A program made the position numbers and the translations under genes. This document shows positions 28,280 to 38,594 of a DNA stretch of 64,000 nucleotides, piece by piece; position 1 is the stretch's first letter; each line of letters opens with the position of its first letter. Below the pieces are notes generated by a model that was not told the DNA's origin, made no database searches, and saw only the letters and a list, made by a program, of their open reading frames with translations. This DNA is from Candidatus Acidiferrales bacterium (GTDB lineage Bacteria > Acidobacteriota > Terriglobia > Acidiferrales > UBA7541): positions 2,548-66,547 of the forward strand of contig JBAQYT010000135.1 of the NCBI GenBank assembly GCA_049787175.1, in the 5' to 3' direction.

Positions 28280-28354
28280 TGGTAGCGATACCGGGACTCG
28301 AACCCGGATTTGAGCCTTGAGAGGGCTCCGTCCTAACCTTTAGACGATATCGCC
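28280..28354 (-). tRNA. tRNA-Glu (anticodon CUC), CCA encoded
   Basis: The reverse complement reads GGCGATA TC GTCT AAAGGTTA GGAC G GAGCC CTCTCAA GGCTC AAAT CCGGG TTCGAGT CCCGG TATCGCT A CCA. It has a 7-bp acceptor (one G-U), 4-bp D, 5-bp anticodon and 5-bp T stems, and a TTCGAGT T-loop. Confidence 0.9.
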
Positions 28355-28660
28355 ACAGGGTTGAAGCGGAACATTGGCCGTTTGCGGCCCGTTCAAACTT
28401 CGATTTTCGCACGGCTGATAATTGCCCGCAAGTAGCCGCTGATCGCATCAGAGAGGCGCGAGGCCGTGAGTCGCGACGGGCGCAGCAGGCAGCGCCCTGC
28501 GATGGATGTCGGCGCAACGGGCTCAGAGCGCTCCCTTTCTTCGCAGACACACATAAACAAGCAGTGCCTCCACGAACAGCGGACGCTCTGGGCTAATCTC
28601 AAAAACAAGTTCTAATGGGCCGAAACGCGGGTATGATTCCGTGCGCGGAGGACCACTCGA

Positions 28661-29950
28661 ATGATTTCTCGCCGAAGATTTTTTCAGCTTGCAGGGCTTG
28701 CAGCGGGCGCGCCGCTTGCGTCTCGTCTGGCGTTGGCGCAAGACGCGCCGGGATGCGGAAATTTGCCGCCGGCCATCGGGCAATTGAAGTCGATGCGCGA
28801 CCAGGCTCAGCCGATTACCGTGGCCGAACGGCAAGAGCGCGTGGAGCGCGCGCGCCGCTTGATGCAGGAAAATCACATCGACGCCATCATGCTGATTGGC
28901 GGCACGTCGATGAAGTATTTTGCGAACATCGACTGGTGGCTCAGCGAGCGGACATTCACGCTCATTATTCCGGCGAAAGGAGAGCCATTTTTCGTTTGCC
29001 CGGGATTTGAGGAGGGCCGCGCACGGGAGCAAATCAATCGCGGGCCGTTCGCAGGGAATCCGGATATTCGTATCTGGCAGGAGAACGAGAGTCCGTACCA
29101 GCGCGCGGCGCAGGGACTGAAGGACCGCGGAATCGCGAACGGGCGGATGGGGATTGAGGAAACGGTGTGGTTCGTGAAAAGCGATGGTGTGGCTCATGCG
29201 ACGCCAGGGCTGACGTTTACAAGCGCAACGCCGGTGACCGCGGGATGCCGCATGCATAAGACGCAGCACGAAATAGCGCTGCTGCAGCTTGCGAATACGG
29301 TCACAATAAAGGCTTATGAAGCGGCGTGGCGGTCGCTGCAAGCAGGAATGACGCAGCAGGATTTCGCGCGAATGGTCTCCGAGGCACACGCACAATTGGG
29401 TTTCCAAGGCGATGCAGGAGTGCAAGTGGGGGAGTATTCCGCGCTGCCGCATGGCTCGATTGAGCCGCAGAAAGTGGAAGAGGGAACGATTCTGCTGATC
29501 GACGGGGGCTGCACCGTGGAAGGCTATCATTCGGATATCAGCCGCACGTTCGTTCTGGGCACGCCCACGGACAAAATGAACAAAGTGTTCGACATTGTTC
29601 ACCGAGCGCAAGCTGCGGCGCTTGCTCAGGCGCGGCCGGGCGTGGAGGCGCAGTCGGTCGACGCCGCCGCGCGCAAAGTGATCGAGGACGCGGGCTACGG
29701 TCCCGGATACAAATATTTGGGGCACCGGCTCGGCCACGGAATCGGGATGGATGACCACGAGTGGTGTTATCTGGTTGGCGGCGATACGATCAAGCTTGAG
29801 CCACGCATGAGCTTCAGCGATGAACCGGGCATTTACATCCGAGGCGAATTTGGCGTCCGGCTTGAGGATTGCATGCATATTACCGAGGACGGCGCGAAGC
29901 TCTTCACGGGGCAGAGCGCGTCGCTTGAGCATCCATTCGATACGGCGTAG
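28661..29950 (+). CDS. M24-family metallopeptidase (Xaa-Pro aminopeptidase/prolidase-like) with twin-arginine signal
   Basis: Tat motif 'SRRRFFQLAGLAAGAPLASRLALA'. M24 metal-ligand regions 'LIDGGCTVEGYHSDISRT', 'GHRLGHGIGMDDHE' and 'FSDEPGIY...VRLED'. GGAGGA RBS. Confidence 0.85.
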   Translation: MISRRRFFQLAGLAAGAPLASRLALAQDAPGCGNLPPAIGQLKSMRDQAQPITVAERQERVERARRLMQENHIDAIMLIGGTSMKYFANIDWWLSERTFTLIIPAKGEPFFVCPGFEEGRAREQINRGPFAGNPDIRIWQENESPYQRAAQGLKDRGIANGRMGIEETVWFVKSDGVAHATPGLTFTSATPVTAGCRMHKTQHEIALLQLANTVTIKAYEAAWRSLQAGMTQQDFARMVSEAHAQLGFQGDAGVQVGEYSALPHGSIEPQKVEEGTILLIDGGCTVEGYHSDISRTFVLGTPTDKMNKVFDIVHRAQAAALAQARPGVEAQSVDAAARKVIEDAGYGPGYKYLGHRLGHGIGMDDHEWCYLVGGDTIKLEPRMSFSDEPGIYIRGEFGVRLEDCMHITEDGAKLFTGQSASLEHPFDTA

Positions 29951-30054
29951 AGGATATTTCGGCCTCGGAAACTCGACGGCAAGCACCCGCGGCAAGCGCT
30001 TTCCTCTGTGGTAGCTTTAGAGAGGGTCTCCTGAACTCTCTACAGAGGGGCGTT

Positions 30055-30912
30055 ATGGATTCGCGGAGCAATCGCCGCAGCGATCGCATTTCCATCTCGT
30101 TCACGCTCGAAACACTGGGCATGAACGCCGAAAACCGGCCTTTCCTGGAAACCGCAAGGACGGTGGTCGTAAATCGTCACGGCGCACTGGTTTCGCTCAG
30201 TCACAAACTTCGTGTGGGGCAAACGGTCACCGTGCGGCGCCGTGTGGTTGACGGGTCGATTCGACAAGCGGAGGTGCGCGTCGTCGCGTGTGAGAAAGAG
30301 ACGGCGAATGGCGGAGAGTATGGAGTGTCATTCGTCGATCCGAATCTGGATTTTTGGGGGATCGAATTTCCATCGCCGGAAAGGGCAATCGATGCGGTCG
30401 TACGGCTCCTGGTGGAATGCTCGCATTGCAAGTGCCAAGAATTGGCCTATCTTGATTCGCGCGAGCTGAAGGAATTCGAGGCGAATCACCTCTTCGCACG
30501 GCAGTGCCGCATGTGCGAATCTCCGACGATCTGGAAACAGCCACTGGAATCGATGTCTCGCGCGGGCACGGGGGATTCGCATCGCGAAGGCACGGGATCA
30601 GGGGCCGCGAGCGCGTCGCCCGAACGGGAAACGACACGTTATGAGACGCGTCTCACCGCGTGCGTTCGGGAAAAGCCCGGCACGGAAGAAATGGCCGTGT
30701 GTGAAAATGTTTCGCGTCAAGGAGTTGCTTTTCGCACAAAGAACCGATATCAGGAAGGGTCGCAGGTGGAAGTGGCCGTGCCGTACACGCCGGGAATGGC
30801 TAACGTTTTTGTTCCGGCAATTGTGATTCACGTGCGGGCATTGCCGGCGGCGGGCCTGTACCGGCATGGCGCAAGATATTTGCGAAAGGACGGCTCAGAA
30901 CTCACCGCTTAG
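30055..30912 (+). CDS. PilZ-domain protein (degenerate N-terminal PilZ-like domain, Cys4 knuckle, canonical C-terminal PilZ)
   Basis: C-terminal 'RYETR' (RxxxR) and 'ENVSRQG' (NxSxxG). The N-terminus has 'RRSDR' but only 'VNRHGALV' in place of DxSxxG. The central region 'CSHCKC...CRMC' is zinc-ribbon-like. Confidence 0.65.
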   Translation: MDSRSNRRSDRISISFTLETLGMNAENRPFLETARTVVVNRHGALVSLSHKLRVGQTVTVRRRVVDGSIRQAEVRVVACEKETANGGEYGVSFVDPNLDFWGIEFPSPERAIDAVVRLLVECSHCKCQELAYLDSRELKEFEANHLFARQCRMCESPTIWKQPLESMSRAGTGDSHREGTGSGAASASPERETTRYETRLTACVREKPGTEEMAVCENVSRQGVAFRTKNRYQEGSQVEVAVPYTPGMANVFVPAIVIHVRALPAAGLYRHGARYLRKDGSELTA

Positions 30913-31401
30913 AGCAGAGGCATGCTCGGCGGTTGGATGCAAATTGTAGCGCATGCTGATATTCAAGAAAACGCGGCCGCAGGCGGTGTCAAAATAAATC
31001 GCGGTCTCTTCCGTTTCTGCCTTGCTATCGGAGTTTTCCTGATGCACAGGCGTTTCTGGCGGAAATACTTTGAACTGATAGCCGTGATCGTTGAGCAAAG
31101 TGACCGCATTTCCGATCATCATGTTCGCCAGCTCAAAGACCGTTTCACCGATCACTTGATCCGATTGTTGGACTTCTTCCCCCGCGAGAACGCATGCGAC
31201 GCGTACGGCGGTATCGGAAGTCATGTCGACAATGATGCGGCCTTCGATTTCTCCGTGGATGGCTATCCGCGCCGCGCAGCCCTTTGGCCGATAATCCTCC
31301 TGCTCCATGGTCAGGCCGCCGATCTTGGCGGGCTCATGAAGGACGCTTGCCAGCACACAATCCGCCGCGCTGATGAAAGGCTGAATCAGTTCCATCTTCA
31401 T
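30895..31401 (-). CDS. cheX: CheX/CheC-family chemotaxis phosphatase
   Basis: 168 aa with 'ETVFELANMMIGNAVTLL', the E-x2-N motif of the CheC/CheX/FliY family. The start overlaps the cheY stop (ATGA). The 3' end overlaps the convergent PilZ gene by 18 nt. Confidence 0.65.
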   Translation of the reverse strand: MKMELIQPFISAADCVLASVLHEPAKIGGLTMEQEDYRPKGCAARIAIHGEIEGRIIVDMTSDTAVRVACVLAGEEVQQSDQVIGETVFELANMMIGNAVTLLNDHGYQFKVFPPETPVHQENSDSKAETEETAIYFDTACGRVFLNISMRYNLHPTAEHASALSGEF

Positions 31402-31844
31402 GAGCGTGTTTCTCCCACGGTTGCATGCGCGTGCGCGTCTTCATCCGTCAACACGTAGCGGATGATTTCGTAGAGCACATCGGGTTTCACGGGTTTTTGC
31501 ACAAAGTGGCGCGCGCCTTTCTGGAGCGCGGCCAGAATGTTGTCCTGATAACCGACGGACGAAACCATCACGATGCGCGCATCGGGATGCTGCCGCACGA
31601 TACGTTCGACGGCTTCGATGCCCTCCATTTGCGGCATGGTGATATCCATCAGCACAATATCGGGCTTGGTGCGCGCGTATTCGGTGATGGCTGTGCAGCC
31701 GTCGCCGGCTTCGCCGACGACTTCACCTCCGAACGAGTTAATCATCTTCGCCAGGTTCTTGCGCGCGAAGACCGAGTCGTCAACGACGAGATAACGAACC
31801 GGCTGGCTATCCTGCTTTCGCGTCAATGGCGTAAATGGTTTCAT
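31398..31844 (-). CDS. cheY: CheY-like single-domain response regulator
   Basis: 'YLVVDDSVFARK', 'IVLMDITMPQMEG', 'IVMVSSVG' and 'HFVQKPV' supply all the phospho-acceptor pocket residues. I chose ATG 31844; the longer track ORF overlaps cheB. Confidence 0.85.
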   Translation of the reverse strand: MKPFTPLTRKQDSQPVRYLVVDDSVFARKNLAKMINSFGGEVVGEAGDGCTAITEYARTKPDIVLMDITMPQMEGIEAVERIVRQHPDARIVMVSSVGYQDNILAALQKGARHFVQKPVKPDVLYEIIRYVLTDEDAHAHATVGETRS

Positions 31845-31878
31845 GAGCGTCTCCTCGAACGATGTTGCCGTCTTTCCA

Positions 31879-32979
31879 TCATTGTATTTGCAGAGCCGGC
31901 CCTTTTTGCTGGCCTGATTCGGAAGACTGGCCGGCGCATTGGGCGTAAAGAAAATTGGGAAGAGTCTCGAGATCCAGCACGCGATTGACATGGCCACGCT
32001 CGATGGCGCTGCGCGGCATGCTGTCCACCACACAGGAAGTGGAATTTTGAGCAAGCGCGAGCCCGCCTGCGTCCTTCACCAAACGAATGGCATCCGCGCC
32101 ATCGTCTCCCATGCCCGTCATCAGAAGCGCGATGGCCCGCGCGCCAAACTCTTTGGCTACGGAGCGAAACAAAACATCCGCGGATGGGCGGTGGCCGTTC
32201 ACGCGTGGCGATTCCGAGACAACGGCGATATGCCCCTGCGGCGTACGACGCACCAGAAGATGCCGGTTGCCGGGACAGATGAGAGCTTGCCCGGCGATGA
32301 GCTGGTCGCCGGAACATGCTTCGCGCACTTGAATCGGGGAGTTTTCGTCCAAACGCTTTGCCAGCATTTCCGTGAAGCCCTCCGGCATGTGCTGCGCGAT
32401 CAGGAAACAGCCGCCAAAATCAGCGGGCATTTGCGAAAGCATGTACTCGAGCGCATGTGGCCCACCCGTGGAGATTCCCACTGCCACGACACGCGTCGGC
32501 GGATGATGGTGCTGCCCTTTGGGAAGGCGCGCCTTTAGCCGCGCCGCAGGAATTTCCGCGATCATTTTAGGGATGCCGGAAATTGCCGCTGCTTTGATCT
32601 TCATCGCGAGTTCCCGAGCGATTCCTTGCAGCGTGCCAGAGGCGGCATTCGAGGGCTTGGTCACGAAGTCAAATGCGCCCAAGGCCAACGCTTTCAGGGT
32701 CTCACGCGCGCCTTCGCGGGAATGCGCGCTGAAAAGAATCACAGGAACGCGAAACCGCCGAGTAATCTCGTGCATCATTTCGATTCCGTTCATGCGCGGC
32801 ATCTCGAGATCGAGAGTCACCACGTGCGGCTTCAGCTCCTCAATTTTTTTTAGCCCAAATGATCCGTCCATCGCCGTGCCGACAACTTTGATGGTTCCGT
32901 CCTTCTCCAAGATTTGCGGAATGAGTTTGCGCATCAGCGCGGAATCGTCAACGACGAGCACGCGCACCGGTTCGCTCAT
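31879..32979 (-). CDS. cheB: Protein-glutamate methylesterase/deamidase CheB (REC + CheB_methylest)
   Basis: REC domain 'VLVVDDSALMRK...TLDLEMPRMNG'. Catalytic domain 'VAVGISTGGPHAL', 'QHMPEGFT', 'HRPSADVLF' and 'LLMTGMGDDGA'. Confidence 0.92.
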   Translation of the reverse strand: MSEPVRVLVVDDSALMRKLIPQILEKDGTIKVVGTAMDGSFGLKKIEELKPHVVTLDLEMPRMNGIEMMHEITRRFRVPVILFSAHSREGARETLKALALGAFDFVTKPSNAASGTLQGIARELAMKIKAAAISGIPKMIAEIPAARLKARLPKGQHHHPPTRVVAVGISTGGPHALEYMLSQMPADFGGCFLIAQHMPEGFTEMLAKRLDENSPIQVREACSGDQLIAGQALICPGNRHLLVRRTPQGHIAVVSESPRVNGHRPSADVLFRSVAKEFGARAIALLMTGMGDDGADAIRLVKDAGGLALAQNSTSCVVDSMPRSAIERGHVNRVLDLETLPNFLYAQCAGQSSESGQQKGPALQIQ

Positions 32980-35081
32980 GCGATGGCTCCGAGCGCGGGC
33001 ATCCGTCCCAGGCGGCTCGCGACCGCCGAAATATTCAGTATGAGCACGACGGTGCCGTCGCCAAGAATCGAGGCGCCGGTGACGATGTCGGATGCGGCTA
33101 GGCGATCGTCGAGAGCCTTGATGACCAATTCTTCTTCGCCCATGAGCGCGTCGACAATGAGGCCGAATTTTCGTTCGCCGGCTCCAATAACGACGACGAA
33201 GACTTTTTTCGCAACGACGCCGTCCGCCGAACTGGGTTGGTCCAAGTAGACTAGCGTGAGCAGTTGATCGCGCAGGCGGATGACGCTGTGATTGTCAACG
33301 CGATGGATGTCGTTGTTTGTGATGCGCGTGATTTCCAGCACATTGGCGATCGGCGCAGCGTAGAGGCGACCATTGATGCGGAAAAGAAGAGCCTGAATGC
33401 TGGCGAGGGTCAGCGGCACCATGAGGCGGAATTTCGTTCCTGCCGCGGGCGAACTTTCGATCTCGACCGCGCCTTTCAAGTGTTCGAGCGCGGTGGCAAC
33501 CACATCCATGCCCACGCCTCGGCCGCTTACTTCGGTGACTTGATCGGCGGTGCTCAGGCCGGGCTGAAAAATCAATCGAGCTGCTTCGGCGTCGGTGAGA
33601 GAGGCCACTTCGGATGCTGGAATAATGCCACGCTCAATTGCACGGTGAACCAGTTTTTGCCGGTCGATTCCGCGGCCATCGTCTGAAACCTCGATGACCA
33701 TTTGATTCCCCTGGTGGTAAGCGTTGAGCTGGACGGTGCCGCATCTTTTCTTTCCGACAGACTCGCGCTCGCTGGGATTCTCGATTCCGTGGCCAACGGC
33801 ATTGCGAACCAAGTGAGCGAGCGGTTCGGCCAATGCGTCGAGAATGCTCTTATCCAAATCAGTGTTTTCGCCGGAGACGGTGAGAGTAACTTCCCGTTCG
33901 CAACTCTTAGCGATATCACGCACCAAGCGCGGAAAGCGACGAAAGAGCTGTTCGACCGGAACCATGCGAATTTTCATCACCGAGCGCTGAAGCTCTTCGA
34001 GCACACGAGATTGAAGAGCCAGTGCATCAGCGAATCGGCTGCGCAAGGGGTCTTTGGCGTGGCGTTTGTCGAATTCGATGATGGTTCGGTGCAGCATGGA
34101 TTTGCCGATGATCAGCTCGCCGATTAAATTCAAGACCGTGTCGATGCGATCGGCGTCCACGCGCAAGGTATGGTCTGCCGCTACCCGTGCCGCCGCCTTC
34201 TCGTGCTGTGCAGGCTCGTCCATGGCTCTCGCCGGAGCGTCGCGATGGTTTGGCGGAGGAGTTACGTTGGCCACTCCAGAAGCTCGAGCTTCGGCCTGTA
34301 GCAAGACTTCGAGAAGGTCCTGCGAAGGTTCCTGGGCCTCGGAAATTCGCTCCAGAGTTACGTTCGAGATAACCGAGGGAATCTTGCACTTCGCCGCCAG
34401 CAACTCCTTGGCATGATCGGTGGCGATGGCGGCTTCAATGTGCGACGCATATTCCGCCGCGGCGGCATCAACGGGATAGATGGCGAGAATCGCGCCGATG
34501 TTTCGAAGCACGTTTTGCACGAGCTGAAATGCAGCCGCGTGCATCCCGGTTGCGGGATCGATTTCGAGCGCGATGTTGTAGACGCATTCGTTGCGGCTCA
34601 ACGAATCGGCAATGCGCTCGCGCTGCACGTCGCTCCAGTCGAACCTCCGAGCAGTGGCAAGGGCAGGGGCTGGTTTGGGCCGCGCCTCTTGTGGACTTTT
34701 CGCGATGCGGCGAATGTGCTCGCGAAGTTCTTCGCCCGAGGGAGGTGAAACGTTCATGCGATAGGCGGCCAGCATGGCCTGGAATGTGTCCGCGGCAGTG
34801 AATATCACATCGACGGCCGAACTTTGCATGGCGTGGACGGCGCTAGGCCCGAGCGCATCTTCCATTTCATGCGCCAGAGTGCTCAACTCGCGAAAGCCGC
34901 AAGCGGCCGAATCACCCTTGAGAGTGTGTACAACCCGGCGGACGCGGCGGATGATTTCCGCGTCTTGCGGGTGAGTCTCGAGCGCCAGCCCCGCTTCATT
35001 CAGCTCTTGCAGCAACTCCTGGGCGGTCTCAAAGAAAAGCTCGCGGAGTTCGGCAGCGCGTTCGTCGGGAAAGAAGTTCAT
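32976..35081 (-). CDS. cheA: Chemotaxis histidine kinase CheA (Hpt-dimerisation-HATPase-CheW)
   Basis: Hpt 'VHTLKGDSAACGF'. 'RVDADRIDTVLNLIGELII', 'HLVRNAVGHGIE', 'DDGRGID' and 'GRGVGMDVV', plus a C-terminal CheW-like domain. ATGA overlaps on both sides. Confidence 0.95.
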   Translation of the reverse strand: MNFFPDERAAELRELFFETAQELLQELNEAGLALETHPQDAEIIRRVRRVVHTLKGDSAACGFRELSTLAHEMEDALGPSAVHAMQSSAVDVIFTAADTFQAMLAAYRMNVSPPSGEELREHIRRIAKSPQEARPKPAPALATARRFDWSDVQRERIADSLSRNECVYNIALEIDPATGMHAAAFQLVQNVLRNIGAILAIYPVDAAAAEYASHIEAAIATDHAKELLAAKCKIPSVISNVTLERISEAQEPSQDLLEVLLQAEARASGVANVTPPPNHRDAPARAMDEPAQHEKAAARVAADHTLRVDADRIDTVLNLIGELIIGKSMLHRTIIEFDKRHAKDPLRSRFADALALQSRVLEELQRSVMKIRMVPVEQLFRRFPRLVRDIAKSCEREVTLTVSGENTDLDKSILDALAEPLAHLVRNAVGHGIENPSERESVGKKRCGTVQLNAYHQGNQMVIEVSDDGRGIDRQKLVHRAIERGIIPASEVASLTDAEAARLIFQPGLSTADQVTEVSGRGVGMDVVATALEHLKGAVEIESSPAAGTKFRLMVPLTLASIQALLFRINGRLYAAPIANVLEITRITNNDIHRVDNHSVIRLRDQLLTLVYLDQPSSADGVVAKKVFVVVIGAGERKFGLIVDALMGEEELVIKALDDRLAASDIVTGASILGDGTVVLILNISAVASRLGRMPALGAIA

Positions 35082-35983
35082 GCCGGCACCTCGAGGCGCT
35101 GGTACGCGGTGCCGTTATTCTGATGGATCATCTTAAATTTCGTGGTGAGGCCGAACAGGCTCTCCGCGTGGCCGACAAATAAATATCCGTCGGGATTCAA
35201 GCAGCGGTGAAACTTCTCGATGAGGCGTTTTTGTTCCGCCTCGTCGAAATAGATCATTACATTGCGGCAGAAGATGATGTCGTTCCGTTGCGGCAGGAAC
35301 TCAGTCTTCAGATTGTGAAAGTCGAATTGCACGAGATTTTTCAGGGATGATTTAACGGCGTATTTGTCGCCCTGCTTTTCGAAGTAGCGCAAGCGGCATG
35401 TATAGTCGACCGCCTCCATCTGGTTGTCTGTGTAAAGTCCTTGCTGTCCCTGCAAGAGCGCGGAATAGCTGATATCGGAGGCGACGATTTCAACTTTCCA
35501 CGGCGGAGGGATCAAAGGCTTTGGCGAGGGCATGTCAAAGGGCAAAGGATTGCGCAGATAGTAGTAAGCCAGAGCGTCGCAGACGCCGATGGCCATGGTG
35601 TAGGGTTCCTGGCCGGTGGAGCAGCCGGCGCTCCACAAACGCAGCGAAAAATCGCGGCGCTCCTGTTTCCTACGCAGGAGATTCTCCAGGACGACTTTGG
35701 AGAAGAGCTCCAGTTGCGGCAAATTGCGAAAGAAGCTGGTCTCGTTGACGGTGAGGTTCTCGACCAGCGCGGCCAGCTCCTTTTTTCCGTCGCGGCTGGT
35801 CAGCAGGCGGTAATAGCTGTAAAAGGAATCCATGTTGCAGGCTTTGAGGCGTCGCTGTAAGCGATCGCACAGAAAATGAATGCGATGTTCGTCGAAGCAC
35901 ATACCGCATTCTTGGTAGACAAGGGTTTGCAGAAGCTTGAGTTCAGGCTCGGTGAGGGGCGCCGGAATTGTCAGTGTCGCCAT
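35078..35983 (-). CDS. cheR: Chemotaxis protein methyltransferase CheR
   Basis: 'ETSFFRN', 'LWSAGCSTGQEPYTMA' and 'IIFCRNVMIYFD' (CheR SAM-binding domain). Confidence 0.92.
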   Translation of the reverse strand: MATLTIPAPLTEPELKLLQTLVYQECGMCFDEHRIHFLCDRLQRRLKACNMDSFYSYYRLLTSRDGKKELAALVENLTVNETSFFRNLPQLELFSKVVLENLLRRKQERRDFSLRLWSAGCSTGQEPYTMAIGVCDALAYYYLRNPLPFDMPSPKPLIPPPWKVEIVASDISYSALLQGQQGLYTDNQMEAVDYTCRLRYFEKQGDKYAVKSSLKNLVQFDFHNLKTEFLPQRNDIIFCRNVMIYFDEAEQKRLIEKFHRCLNPDGYLFVGHAESLFGLTTKFKMIHQNNGTAYQRLEVPA

Positions 35984-36024
35984 AGTGAATGTTCACTCGC
36001 TGTGCTGAATGTTCACGATCAGGC

Positions 36025-36507
36025 TCAAGCTAAATGTTCGACGACGGGAGAGTTGACCTCGTCGAGATGATGCAATTCGCCACCGTCTAAAATCTTGTTC
36101 AAGTCGACAAGGATGATCAGGCGATTGTTCAGTTTTCCCACACCCGTGACGTAGTCGATCTCTCCGTTCAAGAAGACTGAGCTGGGAGGTTCGATATCCG
36201 AAGGGGGGATTTTGAGCACTTCGGATGCGGAGTTGACAATGAGGCCGACGGTGCGATTCTCAAGCTCGACGACAACGATACGGTTTTTCTTGTTGTTCTC
36301 AACTTCGGTTTCGCCAAATCGTTTGCGTAAATCCACGACGGAGATGATCTTGCCACGCAGGTTGATTACGCCTTCGACGTATTTCTGAGCGTTCGGGACG
36401 GCCGTTATTTCCGGCACGCGCACGATTTCGCGGACCAGCGAGATGGGAACTCCATAGGTCTCCCGGCCAATCCGCAACCCGACGATTTGGATGTCTTTTG
36501 TCATCAT
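36025..36507 (-). CDS. cheW: Chemotaxis coupling protein CheW
   Basis: 160 aa: 'IVGLRIGRETYGVPISLVREIV', 'GVINLRGKIISVVDLRKRFG', 'VGLIVNSASEVL'. I chose ATG 36507; the track ORF extension overlaps the MCP. Confidence 0.9.
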   Translation of the reverse strand: MMTKDIQIVGLRIGRETYGVPISLVREIVRVPEITAVPNAQKYVEGVINLRGKIISVVDLRKRFGETEVENNKKNRIVVVELENRTVGLIVNSASEVLKIPPSDIEPPSSVFLNGEIDYVTGVGKLNNRLIILVDLNKILDGGELHHLDEVNSPVVEHLA

Positions 36508-36514
36508 GCGCCGG

Positions 36515-38521
36515 CTACGCTCGGACGAGATCGGATCGGTAGGAATCTTCGGAATCGTTGTCGTGATCAGAATTACCGCGCCTCGAGAGGCTGCGACTCG
36601 CATCGTGTGCATCGCGATCGATTCGGAAGCGACCCATGCTTTCCAGCAGCATGCGCGAGAGCTTGGACATCTGCTCGGCGGTTGCGGCAAGCTCCGTGGA
36701 GCCGGAAGTGGACTGCTGGACGATTTCGCGCATTTTTTCCATTGCGCGCACGACGCCCTGCGCTCCGGAAGCCTGTTCCTCGACGGATGAATTGATTTCC
36801 TGGGTGATTTCGGTGAGCCGCGTAGTCGCTTTGGCGATCTGCGACGATCCACTGGACTGTTCGTTGGTGGCCGCGCCAATCTCCTGGGCAAATTTGTAAA
36901 CTTCGCTGACCACATTGGAGATTTTGCCGAAGGCTTTGTTGAGGTCGAGCCCGAGAAGTAGCCCGTCTTGAACCATCTGCGTGCTGGTTACCATATTGTT
37001 GACGGCCTGGCGAGCTTCGTCCTGGATTCCCTGGATAAGCTCCGCGATCTCCTTGGTGGATTGCGTGGATTTTTCGGCGAGCTTGCGGACCTCATCGGCA
37101 ACGACGGCAAACCCCAGACCGTGCTCGCCGGCGCGCGCGGCTTCAATGGCGGCGTTGAGCGCGAGCAGATTGGTTTGCTCGGCCAGATCGTCAATCACTT
37201 CGATGATCTTGCCAATATTGTCCGCGCGCTTGCCGAGCAAGCCGATGATTTCCGAGGAAGACTGGATCGCCGTACTGGTGCGGTTTAAGCCGTCGGTGGC
37301 TTTTTCCATGGTGGTGATTCCTGTTTCCACCTCGACGCGCGAGCGGTGGCAAATATCCAGCAGAATTTTTGCGGTGTCGGCGACACGCTGTACGGATGCG
37401 ACCATTTGCTCGATGGACGCGGAAGTTTCGGCGACGCTCGAAGCTTGCACCTGCGTATTTTTGACGACGTTTTGCACGTTGATGCTCATTTCATGCATGG
37501 TGCTGGTGACTTCATCAATGGCGGAGGCAGCCTGCACGCTTATTTTGGCGGACTCTTCCGACGCGGCGGCCATCTGGCTGGCTCCGGCGGCCACCTGCGC
37601 GGCGGTGTCGCGGACGCGCCGCACCATTTCGCGCAGCCCGCGCGCCATTCGCGAGAATGCTGTGGCCATTGTGTCGCGCTTGGAGAGAGGCTCGATTTCC
37701 ACGGTAAGCTCGCCCTCGGCGATCGCTCCGGACACTCCGGCCATGCGTTTGAGGTGTCCCACCATGGCACGGAAATTATCCGCGAGGCGGCCGACTTCGT
37801 CGTCGCGGCGAATGTCGATGTTGTGGTCCAAGTCCCCGGCGCTGCCGATCTCGTGGGCCACTTCGATCAAATGATCGAGCGGGTCGGTAATGGACTTCGC
37901 TGTGTAGTAGGCGATGCCGAGGCCCAGAAGAATGGCCAGTAACATCCCGAAAGAGCTTCCGACTGTGCTGATCCCGCTGGCGCGGGCGGCGGAATCGTTT
38001 GCCGCGTCAAGGGATTGACGCAGCCGTGTTTCAGCATCGTCCAGTACATCGATGGATTTGCCGATCCATGATCCGGGATTCTTCTCGAGGTAAAAGACTT
38101 GCAAGTCCGACACGGTACTGTCGCCCGAATCGACTTGGTGACGTTTTGCAATCAATGGCCGGGCAAAATCTTGATCCCAGTCTTGCTCGCTTGCCTCGAC
38201 CTGGACAAGCGCGTCATGGAGCACTTCGTCATTGTTATTCGCCTCAGCTTTGACGATGTAATCAATCAGGTCGCTTTCCTGCTTGTTTGTCGTCGCCTCG
38301 ATTCGGGGATCACCGCTCAGCAAGAAATTACGCAGGCCGAGCCGCGCCTCCATCATCTGGTAGCGGACGGACTCGATCACCTGAACGCTCTCGAGTGTCG
38401 AGGCAGCTTTCTTGCGGACCGAATGCTCGCGGAGCAGCGCCGACAAATTCACCGCGAACACTATCGACAGGATCAACAGAATGGATCCAAACCCGGTATA
38501 GAGCTTCTTTCCGATGGTCAT
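36515..38521 (-). CDS. Methyl-accepting chemotaxis protein (periplasmic 4HB/CHASE3-like sensor, HAMP, MA domain)
   Basis: Highly conserved hairpin tip '[38 protein letters not shown]'. HAMP '[16 protein letters not shown]...[11 protein letters not shown]'. I prefer the 'MTIGKKL' start at 38521 (GGGAGG upstream); an alternative ATG lies at 38539. Confidence 0.92.
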   Translation of the reverse strand: MTIGKKLYTGFGSILLILSIVFAVNLSALLREHSVRKKAASTLESVQVIESVRYQMMEARLGLRNFLLSGDPRIEATTNKQESDLIDYIVKAEANNNDEVLHDALVQVEASEQDWDQDFARPLIAKRHQVDSGDSTVSDLQVFYLEKNPGSWIGKSIDVLDDAETRLRQSLDAANDSAARASGISTVGSSFGMLLAILLGLGIAYYTAKSITDPLDHLIEVAHEIGSAGDLDHNIDIRRDDEVGRLADNFRAMVGHLKRMAGVSGAIAEGELTVEIEPLSKRDTMATAFSRMARGLREMVRRVRDTAAQVAAGASQMAAASEESAKISVQAASAIDEVTSTMHEMSINVQNVVKNTQVQASSVAETSASIEQMVASVQRVADTAKILLDICHRSRVEVETGITTMEKATDGLNRTSTAIQSSSEIIGLLGKRADNIGKIIEVIDDLAEQTNLLALNAAIEAARAGEHGLGFAVVADEVRKLAEKSTQSTKEIAELIQGIQDEARQAVNNMVTSTQMVQDGLLLGLDLNKAFGKISNVVSEVYKFAQEIGAATNEQSSGSSQIAKATTRLTEITQEINSSVEEQASGAQGVVRAMEKMREIVQQSTSGSTELAATAEQMSKLSRMLLESMGRFRIDRDAHDASRSLSRRGNSDHDNDSEDSYRSDLVRA

Positions 38522-38594
38522 TGGCCAGCGCCTCCCCATGCCCTGCGCGCAACATTGCTCTTCCCGACTGAAAGCCGTTCAGAAAAACGAGAAT

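Noticed and set aside
28523-29995. 490-aa ORF on the minus strand covering the whole M24 peptidase gene
   Set aside because: It is an antisense shadow ORF typical of GC-rich DNA. The product is Arg/His/Leu-rich with no motifs and no RBS. The plus-strand frame has a Tat signal, an RBS and M24 metal-binding motifs.
36981-37942. Plus-strand ORFs of 297 and 198 aa inside the operon-1 MCP gene
   Set aside because: They are antisense to the highly conserved MCP signalling domain. The Ser/Ala-rich translation is what the reverse complement of Ala/Glu-rich coiled-coil coding sequence would give.
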